Program-made: the position numbers and the translations under genes | In this document: piece after piece, positions 50,022 through 63,275 of the stretch | How positions within the stretch are numbered: position 1 is the first letter of the stretch | Layout: every line of letters starts with the position of its first letter | Assembly: GCA_964016885.1 (NCBI GenBank) | Contig: OZ024741.1 | Span: 154,876,001-154,940,000, forward strand | Direction: 5' to 3' | DNA from: Eledone cirrhosa | Taxonomy: Eukaryota | DNA: 64,000 bases | The notes under the pieces: model-generated | What the model saw: only the letters and a program-made list of their open reading frames with translations | What the model was told of the DNA's origin: nothing | The model's database searches: none

Positions 50022-50110
50022 CCAGCAGTTGCAAGAGTGGGAGAGATCATCCTGACGAGTACCAGTCGAGTTCGAAATGCATCGACGATTGTCCCCCTTG
50101 CTGCTACTGG
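50022..50110 (+). ncRNA. HHR motif, family I
   Basis: gatcatc-CTGACGA-gtac(cagtcga)gttc-GAAA-tgca-TC-gacgatt; stem I can extend via ccagcagttgcaag/cttgctgctactgg. Confidence 0.7.
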
Positions 50111-50237
50111 GCATCACTAGATGGCATTAGCTGCCAGTGTTTTTGCATAGCTACAGCTTTCTAAATGTTTATAAATATACTGTATTTCTTTAGAAATACG
50201 AAATTCAAATATATATATTTATATATATATATATATA

Positions 50238-50431
50238 TAATTATGTAATAAACAACATAAGACAATTATTCCATTTACCAAAGGTTTCACGAAGACAGTC
50301 GTAAGATACCTTACGTCCATATTAAATTTTCATTCTGATGAGCTATTTCAGACGTCTTTGTTGAGCTCGTCTGTCTTCGTGAAACCTTTGGTAAATGGAA
50401 TAATTGTCTTATGTTGTTTATTACATAATTA
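50238..50431. mobile_element. Mini foldback element J; arms 50238-50298 and 50371-50431
   Basis: Perfect inverted repeat of about 60 bp next to (TA)n; the element continues to about 50495. Confidence 0.85.
50328..50400 (+). ncRNA. HHR motif, family J
   Basis: tttcatt-CTGATGA-gc...cagacg/cgtctg...gt-GAAA-cc(ttt)gg-TA-aatggaa. Confidence 0.75.
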
Positions 50432-51315
50432 AATATCTCTGTAGCATACATAGAGCACTCTCCTTTCCTTTACCCTTTCTATGGAAATACTTCATATATA
50501 TATAAGCCAGTATGCAAGAAGCTGAAATACTTGCCATAATACATTTCCTCTGATATTTTAACACTTCTTCCAATCAGTCAGTTGTTAACAACTGTTTCTT
50601 TTCATTTAATTTTCCTTTAATGTTGTTTCCATTTATTATATTTGCTTTGAGGAGGGAAAGAAGATAAAATTGCATTTGTTTCAAAGTTAATGATAGCTTG
50701 CAGACTTTTAATTTACAGGAAAATGAACATTTTATTTTTGAACTATTGTTGTTGTTGGTTATATAGTTTGAATGAGAGTGGAGCTTTGATATCCCCTAGA
50801 GCCTCATAGGTATAACTGGTATGAATATCATTTATAACTAACATGATGGTAGTGGTGGTAATGATTGTGTTACTGGTTATTACTTAAATGAGAGTGGAGA
50901 ATTAATATCCACCATTCATGTATTTATACCACTAGAGTGCTATAAATACCATTGGTTTATTTTAATATCTCTGCCATGAATGACCCCCTGGAGTGCTCTA
51001 TAACTCTGTTTGATATCAATATGAGAAGGGATTAATATCTTCACTACAATCTACAGCAGTTCCTATGTATAGCATGTAAAGCAAATATGAGTCAGAAGGT
51101 CCTGTTTATTTTATTCTTGTCTAGGGAGAAGGGGTTGTATTGCCAGTAAGTAAGAGGTGGTATGTTAACACAACATATATCCTCTAGTAAATAAATAATA
51201 AACATTTGATTCAACAAACCACATGAAGCCACATTAGTAAGATATTCCTAGAAAGTACAAAACAACATTATGACAACATCACATTAAAGATTGAAATCTC
51301 TCTTCTAATACTTAT

Positions 51316-51650
51316 GGAGGCACATGGCTTAGTGGTTAGAGCATTGGCCTTGCAATCGAAAGGTTGTGAGTTCAATTCTCAGACCGGGTGATGTGTTGTT
51401 TCCTTGAGCAAGACACTTTATTTCACATTGCTCCAGTTTACTCAGCTGTAGAAATGAGATGATAGGGACTGGGGTCCATATCATTCCACTGCAAAGTGGT
51501 TGTGGAGGTGCCACGGCAAAAAAGCACCCAGCACTCACTGTAAATGAGGTTGGTGTTAGGAAGGGCATCCAGCTGTAGAAATCAAGCCAGAATCAGTTCC
51601 CGTCCCACCCTTGCAAGCAGGGAAAAGCGGACGTAAAATGAAAATGAAAT
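51316..51650 (+). mobile_element. SINE family 1, tail type A
   Basis: Full head, core and RTE-type tail. Confidence 0.9.
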
Positions 51651-52325
51651 ACCGCAGTGTTCACAACGATCTACCCTCTAGTAAAGATTCAATAAGCATT
51701 TTAATTAATAAACCCATTTTTAGATATTTCTGTTAAATCATTACAGGATGTTACAAGATAACAGAATCTAACATCAGTTAACATTGTGGACTTTAGAGTA
51801 ACAGGTTATCAATAAAAACATAGAATGGACATTTAATGATGATGATGATAATAATGAGTACAATGATCAGAAATATTGATCTATTATAGATTTTCCCAAT
51901 TAATTTTCCTTTGTGTTTTAACATTACTCTATATATTCTAGTGTATTTTCATGGCAAAGGCTTTACCTCACATAATTATCTCACATAATATCGAATCTAT
52001 GAGATTTTGATAGTATTTATTTTGAGAACAATACTCTAACATCAATATGAATGGCCAGTTATAGCCGGTTTAAACACAAAGAGATGAGAGAATTCTGGCT
52101 GGATACGGCCGGTTTAAATGCTAAAGGGTTTTGTGTCTTTTTTATGTTATTACATAACCTGTTGTTTTTTGGAGGGAACAAGTAACATAAGGTTTCTTCA
52201 CCAAATTTTAACAAAGGTATGTTTGTGGATTATACATATATGTGTATTATCATCATTGTTTAACGTCCATCTTCCACGCTAGCATGGATATATATAAAAC
52301 ATAGCCTTTTGTACTTTTATTATAG

Positions 52326-52516
52326 GGCGGTGGATTGGCAGTATTGGTAGAGGGTCGGACGCCATGCTTTGCAGCTCAGTTACGTCCCTTTACGGACTGA
52401 GTTCAAATCCCGCTGAGGTTTACTTTGCCTTTCATCCTTACGGGGGTCGATAAAATAAAGTACCAGTAATACCCTGGGATAATTGCTGGCCTTGTGCGAA
52501 AAGTAGAAACAATTAT
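52326..52516 (+). mobile_element. SINE family 2
   Basis: ggcggtggattggcag...gagttcaaatcccgc B box...tttgcctttcatccttacggggg. Confidence 0.82.
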
Positions 52517-52598
52517 AATAAATTACTGTATTTTGAGCTGTTTTAACTTCACCTATGTTTCCAATTGTTTATATTGTTTTTGTAAAAAGCGATATCTT

Positions 52599-52668
<70 letters not shown>

Positions 52669-52687
52669 TATATAATATATATATATA

Positions 52688-53577
52688 ATCATCATCACCG
52701 CTTAGCATGGGCTAGACGGATTGTCCTATTTGAGGCAAGTCAGATGACCATGACTTGCTCGTACTAACCGATTTTGGCTTGGTTTCTATGACTGGATGCC
52801 CTTCCTAATGCCAACCGCATTTACAGTGAGTACTGTGTGCTTTTTGTTGTGATACCAACACCACACTACAGTGTAGGCTGGTTGCTTTTTTGCCATGATG
52901 CCTACACAACCACTTCACAGTGTTGGCTGGGTGCTTTTTGTCGTGACACCTACATGATCACTTTACGGTGTGAGCTGAGTGCTTTTTGTCATGTCGCCAT
53001 CATGACCACTTTACAGTGTGGGCTGAGGCTTTGGTGGGAAGGGTGTATGGAGATTAGGGATGTGGGTATATGGGTGTGAATAAGGGGCAGAGTGTCAAGA
53101 TGTGGGAGGTGTGTGGAAGAGGGATGAAAGTGAAGGTGGTGCATACCAGATGTATGCTTCAGTTGGTGCTCATGGAAGGTGTATGGGAGGGGGTTGGAGG
53201 TTAATACTATATGTATGCTTCAGCCTATAGTCATGAGAAGGCAGGTCTTCTGTATTACTGCATAATGCCAGAGATCCCTTTGAGAGGTGCAATTGTGCAA
53301 GGTCAGCTTTTATAACCTCATCCCAAATCTTCATGTGTCTTCCTACTCCACAACTTCTATCAACTTTGAGCGCTCTGCATCTTTTTATACAGCTGTTATA
53401 TTCCATACATATCACATGTTCATACGAACACAATCTCCTCTCCTGCACACTGCATCTGATACCTCTTGTGCCCAGTTTCTCTCTCAGTTTATTTATGCTT
53501 TGCCATTCAAAGCATGCAAGCTTCATTTCTTTCCAATCTTCATAAGTCCTCTGCACACAGTGCCCAGGCCTCACTAG
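52688..53577 (-). mobile_element. RTE LINE 3' fragment with UTR
   Basis: WQSINKLREKLGTRGIRCSVQERRL...; UTR related to 18613-18960. Confidence 0.8.
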
Positions 53578-53657
53578 TATATATAATTTGGGAGGGTTAT
53601 TTTGCCAATAAAAAACACATGCACCTGTGGGTTTCACTTCAATTTATTATTATAATT

Positions 53658-53997
53658 GTGAAGGCGCATGGCTTAGTGGTTAGAGCATTGGGCTTGCAAT
53701 TGGAAAGTTGCAACTTCGATTCTCGGACTGGGTTATGCGTTGTATCCTTAAGCAAGGCACTTTATTTCATATTGCTCCAGTTTACTCAGCTGTACAAATG
53801 AGTTGCAACGTCACTGGTGCCAAGCTGTATCAGCCATAGCCTTTCCTTTGGACATCATCGGTGGCGTGGAGAGGGGAGGCTGGTATGCATGGGCAGCTGC
53901 TGGTATACCTCAAACAACTTTGCCCGGACTTGAATCTTGGTGGGGAAACTTTCTATGTGCAAATCACGTGGTCATTCGTGACTGACGGGGGTCTTTG
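53658..53997 (+). mobile_element. SINE family 1, tail type B, with 12-bp TSD
   Basis: attattataatt at 53646-53657 and 53998-54009. Confidence 0.9.
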
Positions 53998-54160
53998 ATT
54001 ATTATAATTTCCTAGTCGGATAGTTTAATAACAGGATGGCTGTTAAGTTGTTGATTGTCATCAAAGGTCTGCTTGTTCTGCCTTACACCATCTTGTTTTT
54101 GTCAAAAACAAGAAGATGTAAGACAGAACAAAAGAGAGACACAAAATAGCAACAAAAATA

Positions 54161-54203
54161 ATCACTGATGAAGTCACAGAATGTGTGACCAAAGAGCTTT
54201 GAT
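54161..54203 (+). ncRNA. Degenerate HHR-like motif, family K
   Basis: atca-CTGATGA-agtcaca(gaatg)tgtgac-CAAA-gagc-TT-tgat. Confidence 0.55.
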
Positions 54204-54434
54204 GACAATCAACAACTAAACAACCGCCTAATTATTAAACTAACCGACTGGGAAATAATAATAATAAATTGAAGCAAAACAGGTGCATGTGTTTTTTACT
54301 GGCAGCATGACTCTCACAAAGTATAACAATATCCTGTTTCAACACAGGTTTTCAGGTAAAAAACCTTGCAAAACAAATACAAAAATGAAGTATATGCATG
54401 CATGCATGTATGGTATGTATGTATGGTATGTATG

Positions 54435-54468
<34 letters not shown>

Positions 54469-54624
54469 TGTATGTATGTATGTATGTATGTATGTATGGT
54501 ATGTATGTATGTATGTATGTATGAATGTATGCATGCATGCATGCATGTATGTATGTATGTATGTATGTATGAATGTATGCATGCATGCATGCATGTATGT
54601 ATGTATGTATGTATGTATGTATGA

Positions 54625-56031
54625 ATCCGTACCTGAGGACTGGAGAGATGCAGTAATGGTGGTCTTGTACAAGGGAAAGGGTAACAGGAATGATTGTGGG
54701 AACTACAGAGGTATATCATTGCTTTCTGTCGTAGGGAAAGATTTATGTAGGGTGCTTCTGGACCGTCTGCTGACACACATTGCAGATTGTGTTCTTCCTG
54801 AAAGTCAATCTGGTTTTCGTGCTGGGTGCGGCACTACTGATATGATCTTCTCAGCTAGACAGCTCCAGGAGAAATGCATGGAACAAGGCTTGGATCTGTA
54901 TCAGGTTTTTGTCGATCTGACAAAAGCTTTCGATACTGTTAACAGAGATGCATTATGGAAGGTTCTTCAGAAAGTTGGTTGCCCTGATAAGTTCCTTGCT
55001 TTAGTTAGGTCTTTCCATGATGACATGAAAGCTTGGGTTAATGTCGGAGGTAACATGTCGGAGCCTATCTCAGTAAAAAATGGAGTGAAACAGGGTGATA
55101 TTCCAGCACAGACCCTGTTTGCCATATATTTTGCAAATATTTTGCCATATATTTTGCCATATATTAAGCAATTGGAGGCGTTTCCATCAGATGTGTCTCA
55201 GACGGATCCATGGCGTTCACTGGAGGGAACCACATCAGTGATGTCGAGATTTTGGAAAGCTCTGTGTTGTGACAGTATAGAAGCTCTTGTGCTTAAGCAA
55301 CGACTCCGTTGAAGTGGTCACCTTGCCAGGATGAAGGATTCTAGAATACCAAAACAACTCTTTTATGGAGAGTTGGTTAAAGGGAAAACGACCGCCACAT
55401 AAACCAAAAAAGAGGTATAAGGATTCCTTGAAAGCCTCTCTGAAAGACGCTAACATCTCTGCTGATACATGGGAAAATGTTGCTGCTGATCGTAATAAAT
55501 GGAGAAAGACTGTATATGAGGGAAAAGTTGCCTTTGAGGCATCTCGAATCGCATACGAGAAAGTAAAGAGGGATGTGAGGAAGGGCATTGCTGTTGCACT
55601 TCCAGACGGCGAGGGTCCTCCTATGGTGCTGACATGCAGCATCTGTGCGAGACTCTGCCTAAGCAAAGCTGGACTTGAAAGTCATCTTCGCAGTCATAAA
55701 GTAAGACCAGTGGTTGACTACCAGGCTGCTGTTGGAGATGTTACTCATCATACTTGCCAAACATGTGGTAGAGAATGTAAATCAGCAGGAGGGCTCAAGC
55801 GACATGCAAAAGTACACAAACTCCAACCACAGCCGACTATTCCCAGTGAATGTTTTGGTTGCCGACTCTGTGCAAGACATTTTAGATCATTGGCTGGGCT
55901 AAAAGCCACATTCGATCGCAGCGCTGTTAGTTGCTATTGTGTGTGTGTGTGTGTATAGATATGCTTATGTGTGTGTGTGTGTATATATATGTATATGTAT
56001 ATTATTATTGTTGTTGTCGTTATTATTATTG

Positions 56032-56066
<35 letters not shown>

Positions 56067-56100
56067 GTTATTAATGTATGTGTGTGTGTGTGTGTGTGTG

Positions 56101-56151
<51 letters not shown>

Positions 56152-56232
56152 TTTTCTTTTTTATTTATTTATTAATTTTTTTTTTTTTCTCCTCGTGCAA
56201 TGGCCATACTCGATAACGAGGGGGCAGCCATT
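54625..56232 (+). mobile_element. Second RTE/BovB-like zinc-finger LINE copy, internally deleted
   Basis: VPEDWRDA...KGKG...NYRGISLLS...DLTKAFD...GVKQGD. About 550 bp is missing at a ttgccatatatt triplication. C2H2 fingers present. Confidence 0.92.
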
Positions 56233-57489
56233 ATGTATGTATATATGTATGTATGTATATTTGTATGTATGCACACAGATTGATAGATGATTAGTCAGAT
56301 AGAAAACACCATTAACAAACCATTTTAGAACATTCTGAATCTTTGCCTCCTTCTCCTCCTCTTTTTTTGTCTTTCATGTTGCTGGAATTTTTAACAGATT
56401 GTAGTGTTCATGTGACAGATGGATGAAAAAGATGTACTGTCAGAAATATAAATTGGTTTGGTTTGGAGGATGGGGAATTACTCATTGACTTCACAGAAAT
56501 AGCAGACCAAAATTACACCACAACAGTATATGACATCCTTTCTAGTGTTGGTGCAGTGCCTTGATAAATTGCACCCAGAACACTCTGTAAAGTGATTAGT
56601 GTTAGCCATAGAAAAACTTGCTAAACATGGGATCACGAGGACTCTTCTGTTGTGTTGAAGGAATAATAACCCTGCCAGTGTTGGTGGTATGATAAAATAC
56701 ACCTGTATACCCTGTAAAGTAGTTGGCATTAGGAAGGGCACTCTGCTTTAGAAAACTTGCCAAACATAGTGTTGGGAGGACACTTCAATTGTGTCAAAGG
56801 CACAGTAACCTCCCTAGTGCTGGTGTCACAATAAAATGCACCTAATACACACTTCTGATATGTAAGAACATATGTGAGGGAGATGCAGCCTCTGGCCCAT
56901 CTGTGAGGACAGAGGCTCCAATTGAGCACTGTCTTGGTCTGTGACCACCTATCCAGCCTATGCTAGCATGGAAAGCTGATATTGAATGATGAAAGTGATG
57001 ATGAGTAGAGTAACAGGACAGCAATGAAATTATATTGAATGATCATAATGATCAGCAATATTGATTTATTGATTGAGTTTTCTGTGTTTATGTGGCTTTT
57101 TCATTGGTTTGGGTTAGGCATCGTGATTCTCAATGGGAGGCATTTGGTTGGCAGGAGAGGATTTCAAATCTCACCGAAGCAATTTCAGCCAAAAGAGGAA
57201 TGGGGGAGGAATCCAAACTGGGAAAGAATAGTATACATTGTGTATATATACAAAATGAAATACCTATATACCCAACTATAGTGTACATTGTGTATATATA
57301 TATATAAAATAAAATATTTATATATTCAACTCATCATCTCATCATTATTATCATTGCTGTTTTACATCCATTTTTCCATGCTTGCTTGGGTTGGATCGAT
57401 CTTTACTAGCACAGCATCCCTCTACTTATTGCAGTTATTTGTCATTTCCTGTGTGAGCTTCAGATCTCACTAAGTGATGGTGGTTGCCT

Positions 57490-57996
57490 ATTAGATTTAT
57501 GCCTCAGCTCGTGCATATGGGAAGGCGGGTCTTCTGTAATACTTGATAGTGTCAGAGATCACGGTTCTGTGTCATCACCTTAGTGAGGTGTAATTGTGAA
57601 AAGTCAGCTTTTATTATCTTATCCCACATCTTCCTAGGTCTGCCCACTCCATGGCTACTGTCAACTTAGAGTGGCTCTGCACCTTTTTATACAGCTGTCA
57701 TCTTGTATATACATCACATGTCCATACCAATGCGATCTCCTCTCCTGCACACAACATCTGATCCCTCTTATTCCTAATTTCTCATGCAGTTCATTTATGT
57801 TTTGCTGTCCGCATATATTGCTATTGCACATCCATCGAAGCATGGAGGCTTCATTTATTTATTTCCAATCTTCACAGGTCCTCTTCACACAGTGCCCAGG
57901 TCTCGCTGCTGTGCAACGTTGTTGTTCACATACATGCATCATACAATCTGCCTTTCATTTTGAGGGAAAAACCTTCTGTAGTTACCAGCAGTAGTA
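57490..57996 (-). mobile_element. RTE LINE 3' fragment truncated by the gap
   Basis: GFSLKMKGRLYDAC...MLRWMCN...GIRCCVQERR.HWYGHV. Confidence 0.82.
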
Positions 57997-58196
57997 NNNN
58001 NNNNNNNNNNNNNNNNNNNNNNNNNNNNNNNNNNNNNNNNNNNNNNNNNNNNNNNNNNNNNNNNNNNNNNNNNNNNNNNNNNNNNNNNNNNNNNNNNNNN
58101 NNNNNNNNNNNNNNNNNNNNNNNNNNNNNNNNNNNNNNNNNNNNNNNNNNNNNNNNNNNNNNNNNNNNNNNNNNNNNNNNNNNNNNNNNNNNNNNN
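57997..58196. other. Assembly gap (200 N)
   Basis: Run of n. Confidence 0.99.
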
Positions 58197-58219
58197 AGAG
58201 AAAGAGAGAGAGAGAGAGA

Positions 58220-58322
58220 GAGTCGGAAGGACAATGTGACACGGGAGGGTGTGTGGTATCTTTACAGTGGAGTGGTGGGGGCAGGTATACCTAGCCGGGC
58301 ACCAGCCAGACGGGCCAGCTAG
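58220..58322 (+). mobile_element. Helitron-like 3' terminus
   Basis: ggtatacctagccgggcaccagccagacgggccagCTAG-t, the same end as 7848-7880 on the minus strand. Confidence 0.65.
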
Positions 58323-58389
58323 TATATATATATATAGAGAGAGAGAGATAGACAAGCATGCACATATATCATCATTATTTAACGTCCAA

Positions 58390-58579
58390 AGGCGGTGGAT
58401 TAGCAGTATCGGTAGAGGGTCGGACGCCATGCTTTCCAGCATAGTTACGTCCCTTTACGATCTGAGTTCAAATCCCGCCGAGGTTGACTTTGCCTTTCAT
58501 CCTTACGGGGTCGATAAAATAAAGTACCAGTAATGCACTGGGTAATTGCTGGCCTTGTGCCTAAAGTAGAAACAATTAT
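58390..58579 (+). mobile_element. SINE family 2
   Basis: Full-length homologue of 52326-52516. Confidence 0.85.
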
Positions 58580-58829
58580 TTAACGTCCATATTCTACATA
58601 CAGCTTGCACTGTGGAACATTCCCTTCATCAGCTGTCAACTGGAGTTTTTAACAATTTTGGTGCCCTCCTGATACTCCCACTCCCTCCAATAGTGTCAAG
58701 CAGTATTGATGTTACCAGAGAATATCCATGTTTTATGATCGAATCTGTAGCACAATTTTCCTTGTTATCCTTATCACTATCAACAGAATCATGATGTAGT
58801 TGTAACCACCATCAGTCATTTATTATAAT

Positions 58830-59230
58830 GTCTACTCCGTGTTGAGGGTTTTCTCTCTGCTCTTTATAATAAAGCTTTTCCAACCTCACTCTCCAGTTGT
58901 TGAATCACCTCTCTACTCTCCTTTCCAAGTCCAATACTAACCAGGTGAATCTGGCTGCAAATATATGACATCTCAACTGGAAGCAATGTACACTGTCATC
59001 CTTGACCAGCACACAACTTCTTTAGTTCTTCATATTATATGTATTTTCTTTCCTTGTCCTCCTTCCTATTGCCTTCCCAAGGCACTGTCAGCTCAACAAC
59101 TGGGACTTTTATTGTCAAGTCAGACCATGCCTTAATGTTAGGGCATAGTGTTCTTATAGCAATATAGATTGAGAATACTGCTTTTTTCAGGTTTGCCTGT
59201 ACTTTCCAACAATTGGCTGGGTACCATCTT
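58830..59230 (-). mobile_element. Decayed RLE non-LTR (Hero/R2-like) endonuclease fragment
   Basis: LCPNIKAWSDLTIKVPVVELTVPWEG...ERKY resembles RPDI..WS...ELTVPWE...ERK. Confidence 0.7.
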
Positions 59231-60071
59231 ATTTTCCCCCCTTTTGCATTGTCCTTTCTCACTCTCTTTATGGAAGACAATAGGATGCAGCCTTGTATTG
59301 TTTTTTCTTGCATTGTATTTAAACATTGGTTTCTTCTTATATTTTCCATCATATCTCTCTCTGATATTAATATTTACAATGTTAAGTGTATATGTGTTTA
59401 TATAAGTAAAATATTTGTGTCTGCAGAGAAGTATGCAAGTATTGTATACACATTATATTGAAACAATAGCTATTATTTGCATACCTTTACACCATTTTCA
59501 TATCAAAATTGTCACTTATATATTCATTTTTTATAGAATTTCACAATGCATATACAAGAATCATCATCATCGTCATCATTTAACATCTGTTCTTTGTGCT
59601 ATTGACTTTTCAGATGGGCCAGAGTCATATCTCACTTACATTGTGTACTGGTTTTGGTCATTATACTGGTGCCTTAGGGGGTCATTACTTTAAATAGATT
59701 TAGTTAATCATATCAATCCCAGTACTTATTTTATTGAACTCTCTCTATTTGAATTATTAAATTACGGGACATAAACACACAAAAACACAAATGCATGCAC
59801 ACACATGCGCTGGGATTGTGCAGTATTCCACCTACCAAATTCTACTCTTAAGGCATTGGTCAACCTAAGTAGAATACACTTGCCCATGGTTCTGCCATAC
59901 AGTGGGAGTGAACTTGAATGAAAACCATGTGGTTGTGAAGTGATCTCCACACAGACATGCCTGCACCTCTTAAACCTGTTGATACAAATTCAGCCAAAAT
60001 GGGTTCAGGTTCTATGAAACAAATTTATTCATTTTAAAGGGTTCCAACTTACATTAAAATATTCCAACATC

Positions 60072-60260
60072 TCCCTATATATAAAATTCTTTGACTCTCT
60101 GTCTCTCTCTCTGTCTGTCTGTCTGTTCCTATGCATTCTCTAATGGCTGGACCAAATCAAATCAAATTTTACAAGGTAATGGTATTAGACCCTGGGAGTA
60201 TCAACATGCAATTTTTATTTTCATTTGGATTAAAACAGTATAAGATTTTACCTAAAATAA
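60072..60260 (+). mobile_element. Possible Helitron 5' end
   Basis: TCcctatatataaaa...(tgtc)n...aatggctggaccaaatc...aaattt, resembling 9190-9262 on the minus strand. Confidence 0.5.
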
Positions 60261-61474
60261 TATTTTTATAGTCAACTATAGTAAACCACCATGACGACGA
60301 CTCATATTTTGTATATGAGTGTGTATGTGTCTGTGAGTATGTGTGTGTCTGTGAGTGTGTGTGTGTTTGTGCATTTGTTATGTATGTTAGGCCTCAGAGA
60401 ATTAAACACACACTCACATCTACACATACATACATACACATAATGTGTATGAGTGTATGTGACAGTGTAGATGTCACATTTTGTATGTGTATGTGAATGT
60501 ATGTTAGAATGTATGTGTGTGTGAGTGTATGTGAGAGTGTATATGTGTGTGAGCGTATGTGTGTGAGCGTATGTGTGTTGACCGACATAACAATATTTTC
60601 TTTAGTCAACTATAGTAAACCACCACCATCACGCCGTCACATTTTGTATATGAGTGTGCACACAGACAATTAAACACACACACACATTCACACATACAGA
60701 TACATATGTGATGAAAGACAGGTGTGCGTGAATGTATGTCTGTGTGTGTCTGTCTTAGTATATGTATGTGAATGTATGTGAGAGTGTGTGTGAGTGTATG
60801 TGAGAGTGTATGTGTGTGCGAGTGTATGTGTGCGAGTGTATGTGTGTGAGTGTATGTGAGAATGTATGTGTGTGTGAGTGTATGTGTGATCATTTTTATT
60901 TTCATTTGGATTAAAACACACAATAAGACGGCATATTTTGTGTATGAATATGTATGTTGGTGAGTGTGTGTGATTTTGTGCATTCATTAGGTACGTTATT
61001 AAATACAGACACACATCTACACATACATGAATTACACAATGAATATTGTTTACCCTAAGGTGCTTCAAGATTGACAGATTTTCATTTCTAAATTCTATTA
61101 TCATTACAATTTTGATATTTAAAAAAAGACTTAGGGGGGTTTAGGATTTGTGGGGTTCCTAAGTTACCCCTGTGTGGCACTTCCGTCTATTGGGAAATTT
61201 TATTGTTATATAAATTTATTGTTAATTATTACTTGTTTTATATTTTTTACACATTTTATGTAAATCCCCACTGTCCCTGTTTTTGTATGGTCCTTTATGT
61301 TTCAGCCTTAGTGACCAATAAAGAAACATTAATGATTATTATTATTATTATTGGTTAACTTTGCCTTTCATCCTTACGGGGTCGATAAAATAAAGTACCA
61401 GTAATGCACTGGGTAATTGCTGGCCTTGTGCCTAAAGTAGAAACAATTATTATTATTATTATTATTATTATTAT

Positions 61475-63095
61475 TGTTTCTTCACTCAGCTTCTAATGCT
61501 GGAGATGTATTACAGTGTTAGCTATTCACTTCCAGTGAACTAAGGTAACAGCCCTTATTTTTTGTGTACCCTCTGGAGTATTTGAGCTGTTCCAAGCAAT
61601 GCTGTGTTTTTTTTTTAAATAATTATAATGAAAATGATTGTGTACAGTGTTCAGGTGCACTACACTCTTCAAAGGTGCAGGTATAGTACATAGAATAATG
61701 TACAAATGTCAGGATAGTGAACAGTGTATGAGTTATGATATACACACAGCATACACATGCATACATGTGTATGGAGGGGGAATATCAGGTGTAGTTTTGG
61801 TGAATTTTGGGAAGCATGGAAGTTTTGAAGGATATAGTATCCCAACTGCTAACAATTGATGCAGGTAGTTTATTCCATGCTTCAGCAACTCTGAGTATGA
61901 AAAAATGTTTCCAAAAGTCATGGGAGCTGTACTGTTTTCTGACTTTGTGGGCATGTCCACGTGTGTTAGACACATGGAATTCAAAAAGGTGCTTAGGGTT
62001 GTTGTTGGAAAAATGGTTAATCTTTTGGGTGTCTACCAAGTCAGTTACCAGATGGAGCCTTAATGTGTCCATTGCCAAGGGAAGTAAGGCATTCAGAGTA
62101 TGGTAGATACTATACACTTTTGTAAGTGTCCCATCTGTATTGCAATCCCTATTTGTTTAATAAATTTCTCAAGATCTTTACTCACTGTTTCCAAGACTCC
62201 AACTATTATTGGTATTACCACCACCTTTTCCAGTGACCACAACTGCTTGACCTCCCAAGCTAACCTGTCATAACTATCAATTTTCTTTCCTTCTTTATTG
62301 CATATCTTCTTATCAGCTGGACAGGCTATATCTTTGATCCAACACTATTTGCTTTCTTTCTCACAATATCTAGTCTCATATGCTCATTCTCATGGTTATA
62401 CTGTATCACAAAGTCCCACAGGATATTTGCATCATCAGTTTTGATAACACCCTCAGGGTTATATTCATTCGACTTTTCTGTTCTGTCAAGTGTATATTTG
62501 ACACAAAGTGCCCAATGGACAATCCTTGCTATGTTGTTGTGACATCTCTTATATTCTCCCTGAGCTAGTGGTGTGCATTGACTGGTAACATGCGACACAG
62601 TTTCTCCATTCATATAACAAATTCCACACTTATCACTTTCTGCTGTGTGGTTTACTCTATACTTGATGTAGTTAGTTCTTAGTGTTTGTTCTTGAGTAGC
62701 AGAGATTAAGTCTTCTGTTTCCAGTTTTAGATCACTTTTAGCGATCCACAACAAAATTTTTCTCTGTCTGTCCTATCTTCAACATCTCTATGGAATTGTC
62801 CATACATTCTTTTTTTCTGTCCATCTTCTGTCAGTTTTATCCATCTTCAAATGCTTGTACTGTGTTTTTCTTTACAATCTTCTATTTTGCACATCCCTGA
62901 CCTTCTTACTTCCAGCAACAGCTTTTCTGTGGAAGTTTTAATGTTATTTCCTTGTGTTCTAATACTGTCTTTGCACCCCATCAGCCCTCCTCCTCCTCCT
63001 CCTCCTCCTCTTTTTCTTGGTACATATAATCTGTCTGTGTCGCTCTTTGGGTGAAATACCCCATATCTAGTCAATAACTTTGTCTTTTTGTCTAA
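61475..63095 (-). mobile_element. Decayed R4/Dong-like RLE element (second family), interrupted by CR1
   Basis: HPKSDTDRLYVPRKRGG, ATQEQTLRTN, CGIC..ETVSHVTSQC, ILWDF, VIPIIVGVL...HLQK, then KTALLGTAQIL resumes at about 61610. Confidence 0.85.
61620..62117 (-). mobile_element. CR1-like LINE 3' fragment
   Basis: NTRGHAHKV...HFFILRVAEAWNKLPASIV...FK, the typical CR1 C-terminus. Confidence 0.85.
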
Positions 63096-63096
63096 A

Positions 63097-63275
63097 AGCA
63101 GTATCGGGAGACGGTCAGATGCCATGCTTTGCAGCATAGAGTTACGCTCTTTTATGGTCTGAGTTCAAATCCCGCTGAGGTTAACTTTGCCTTTCATCCT
63201 TATGGGGTCGTTAAAATAAAGCACCAGTAATACACTGGGATAATTGCTGGCCTTGTGCCTAAAGTAGAAAGAATT
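63097..63275 (+). mobile_element. SINE family 2 (an older copy follows at 63293-63500)
   Basis: gagttcaaatcccgctgagg...tttgcctttcatccttatggggtcg followed by (ATT)n. Confidence 0.8.

Larger units (their letters stand above)
53580..54325. mobile_element. Older foldback element K; left arm 53580-53657 plus 53998-54066, right arm 54197-54325
   Basis: Diverged inverted repeat whose left arm is split by a SINE. Confidence 0.75.
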
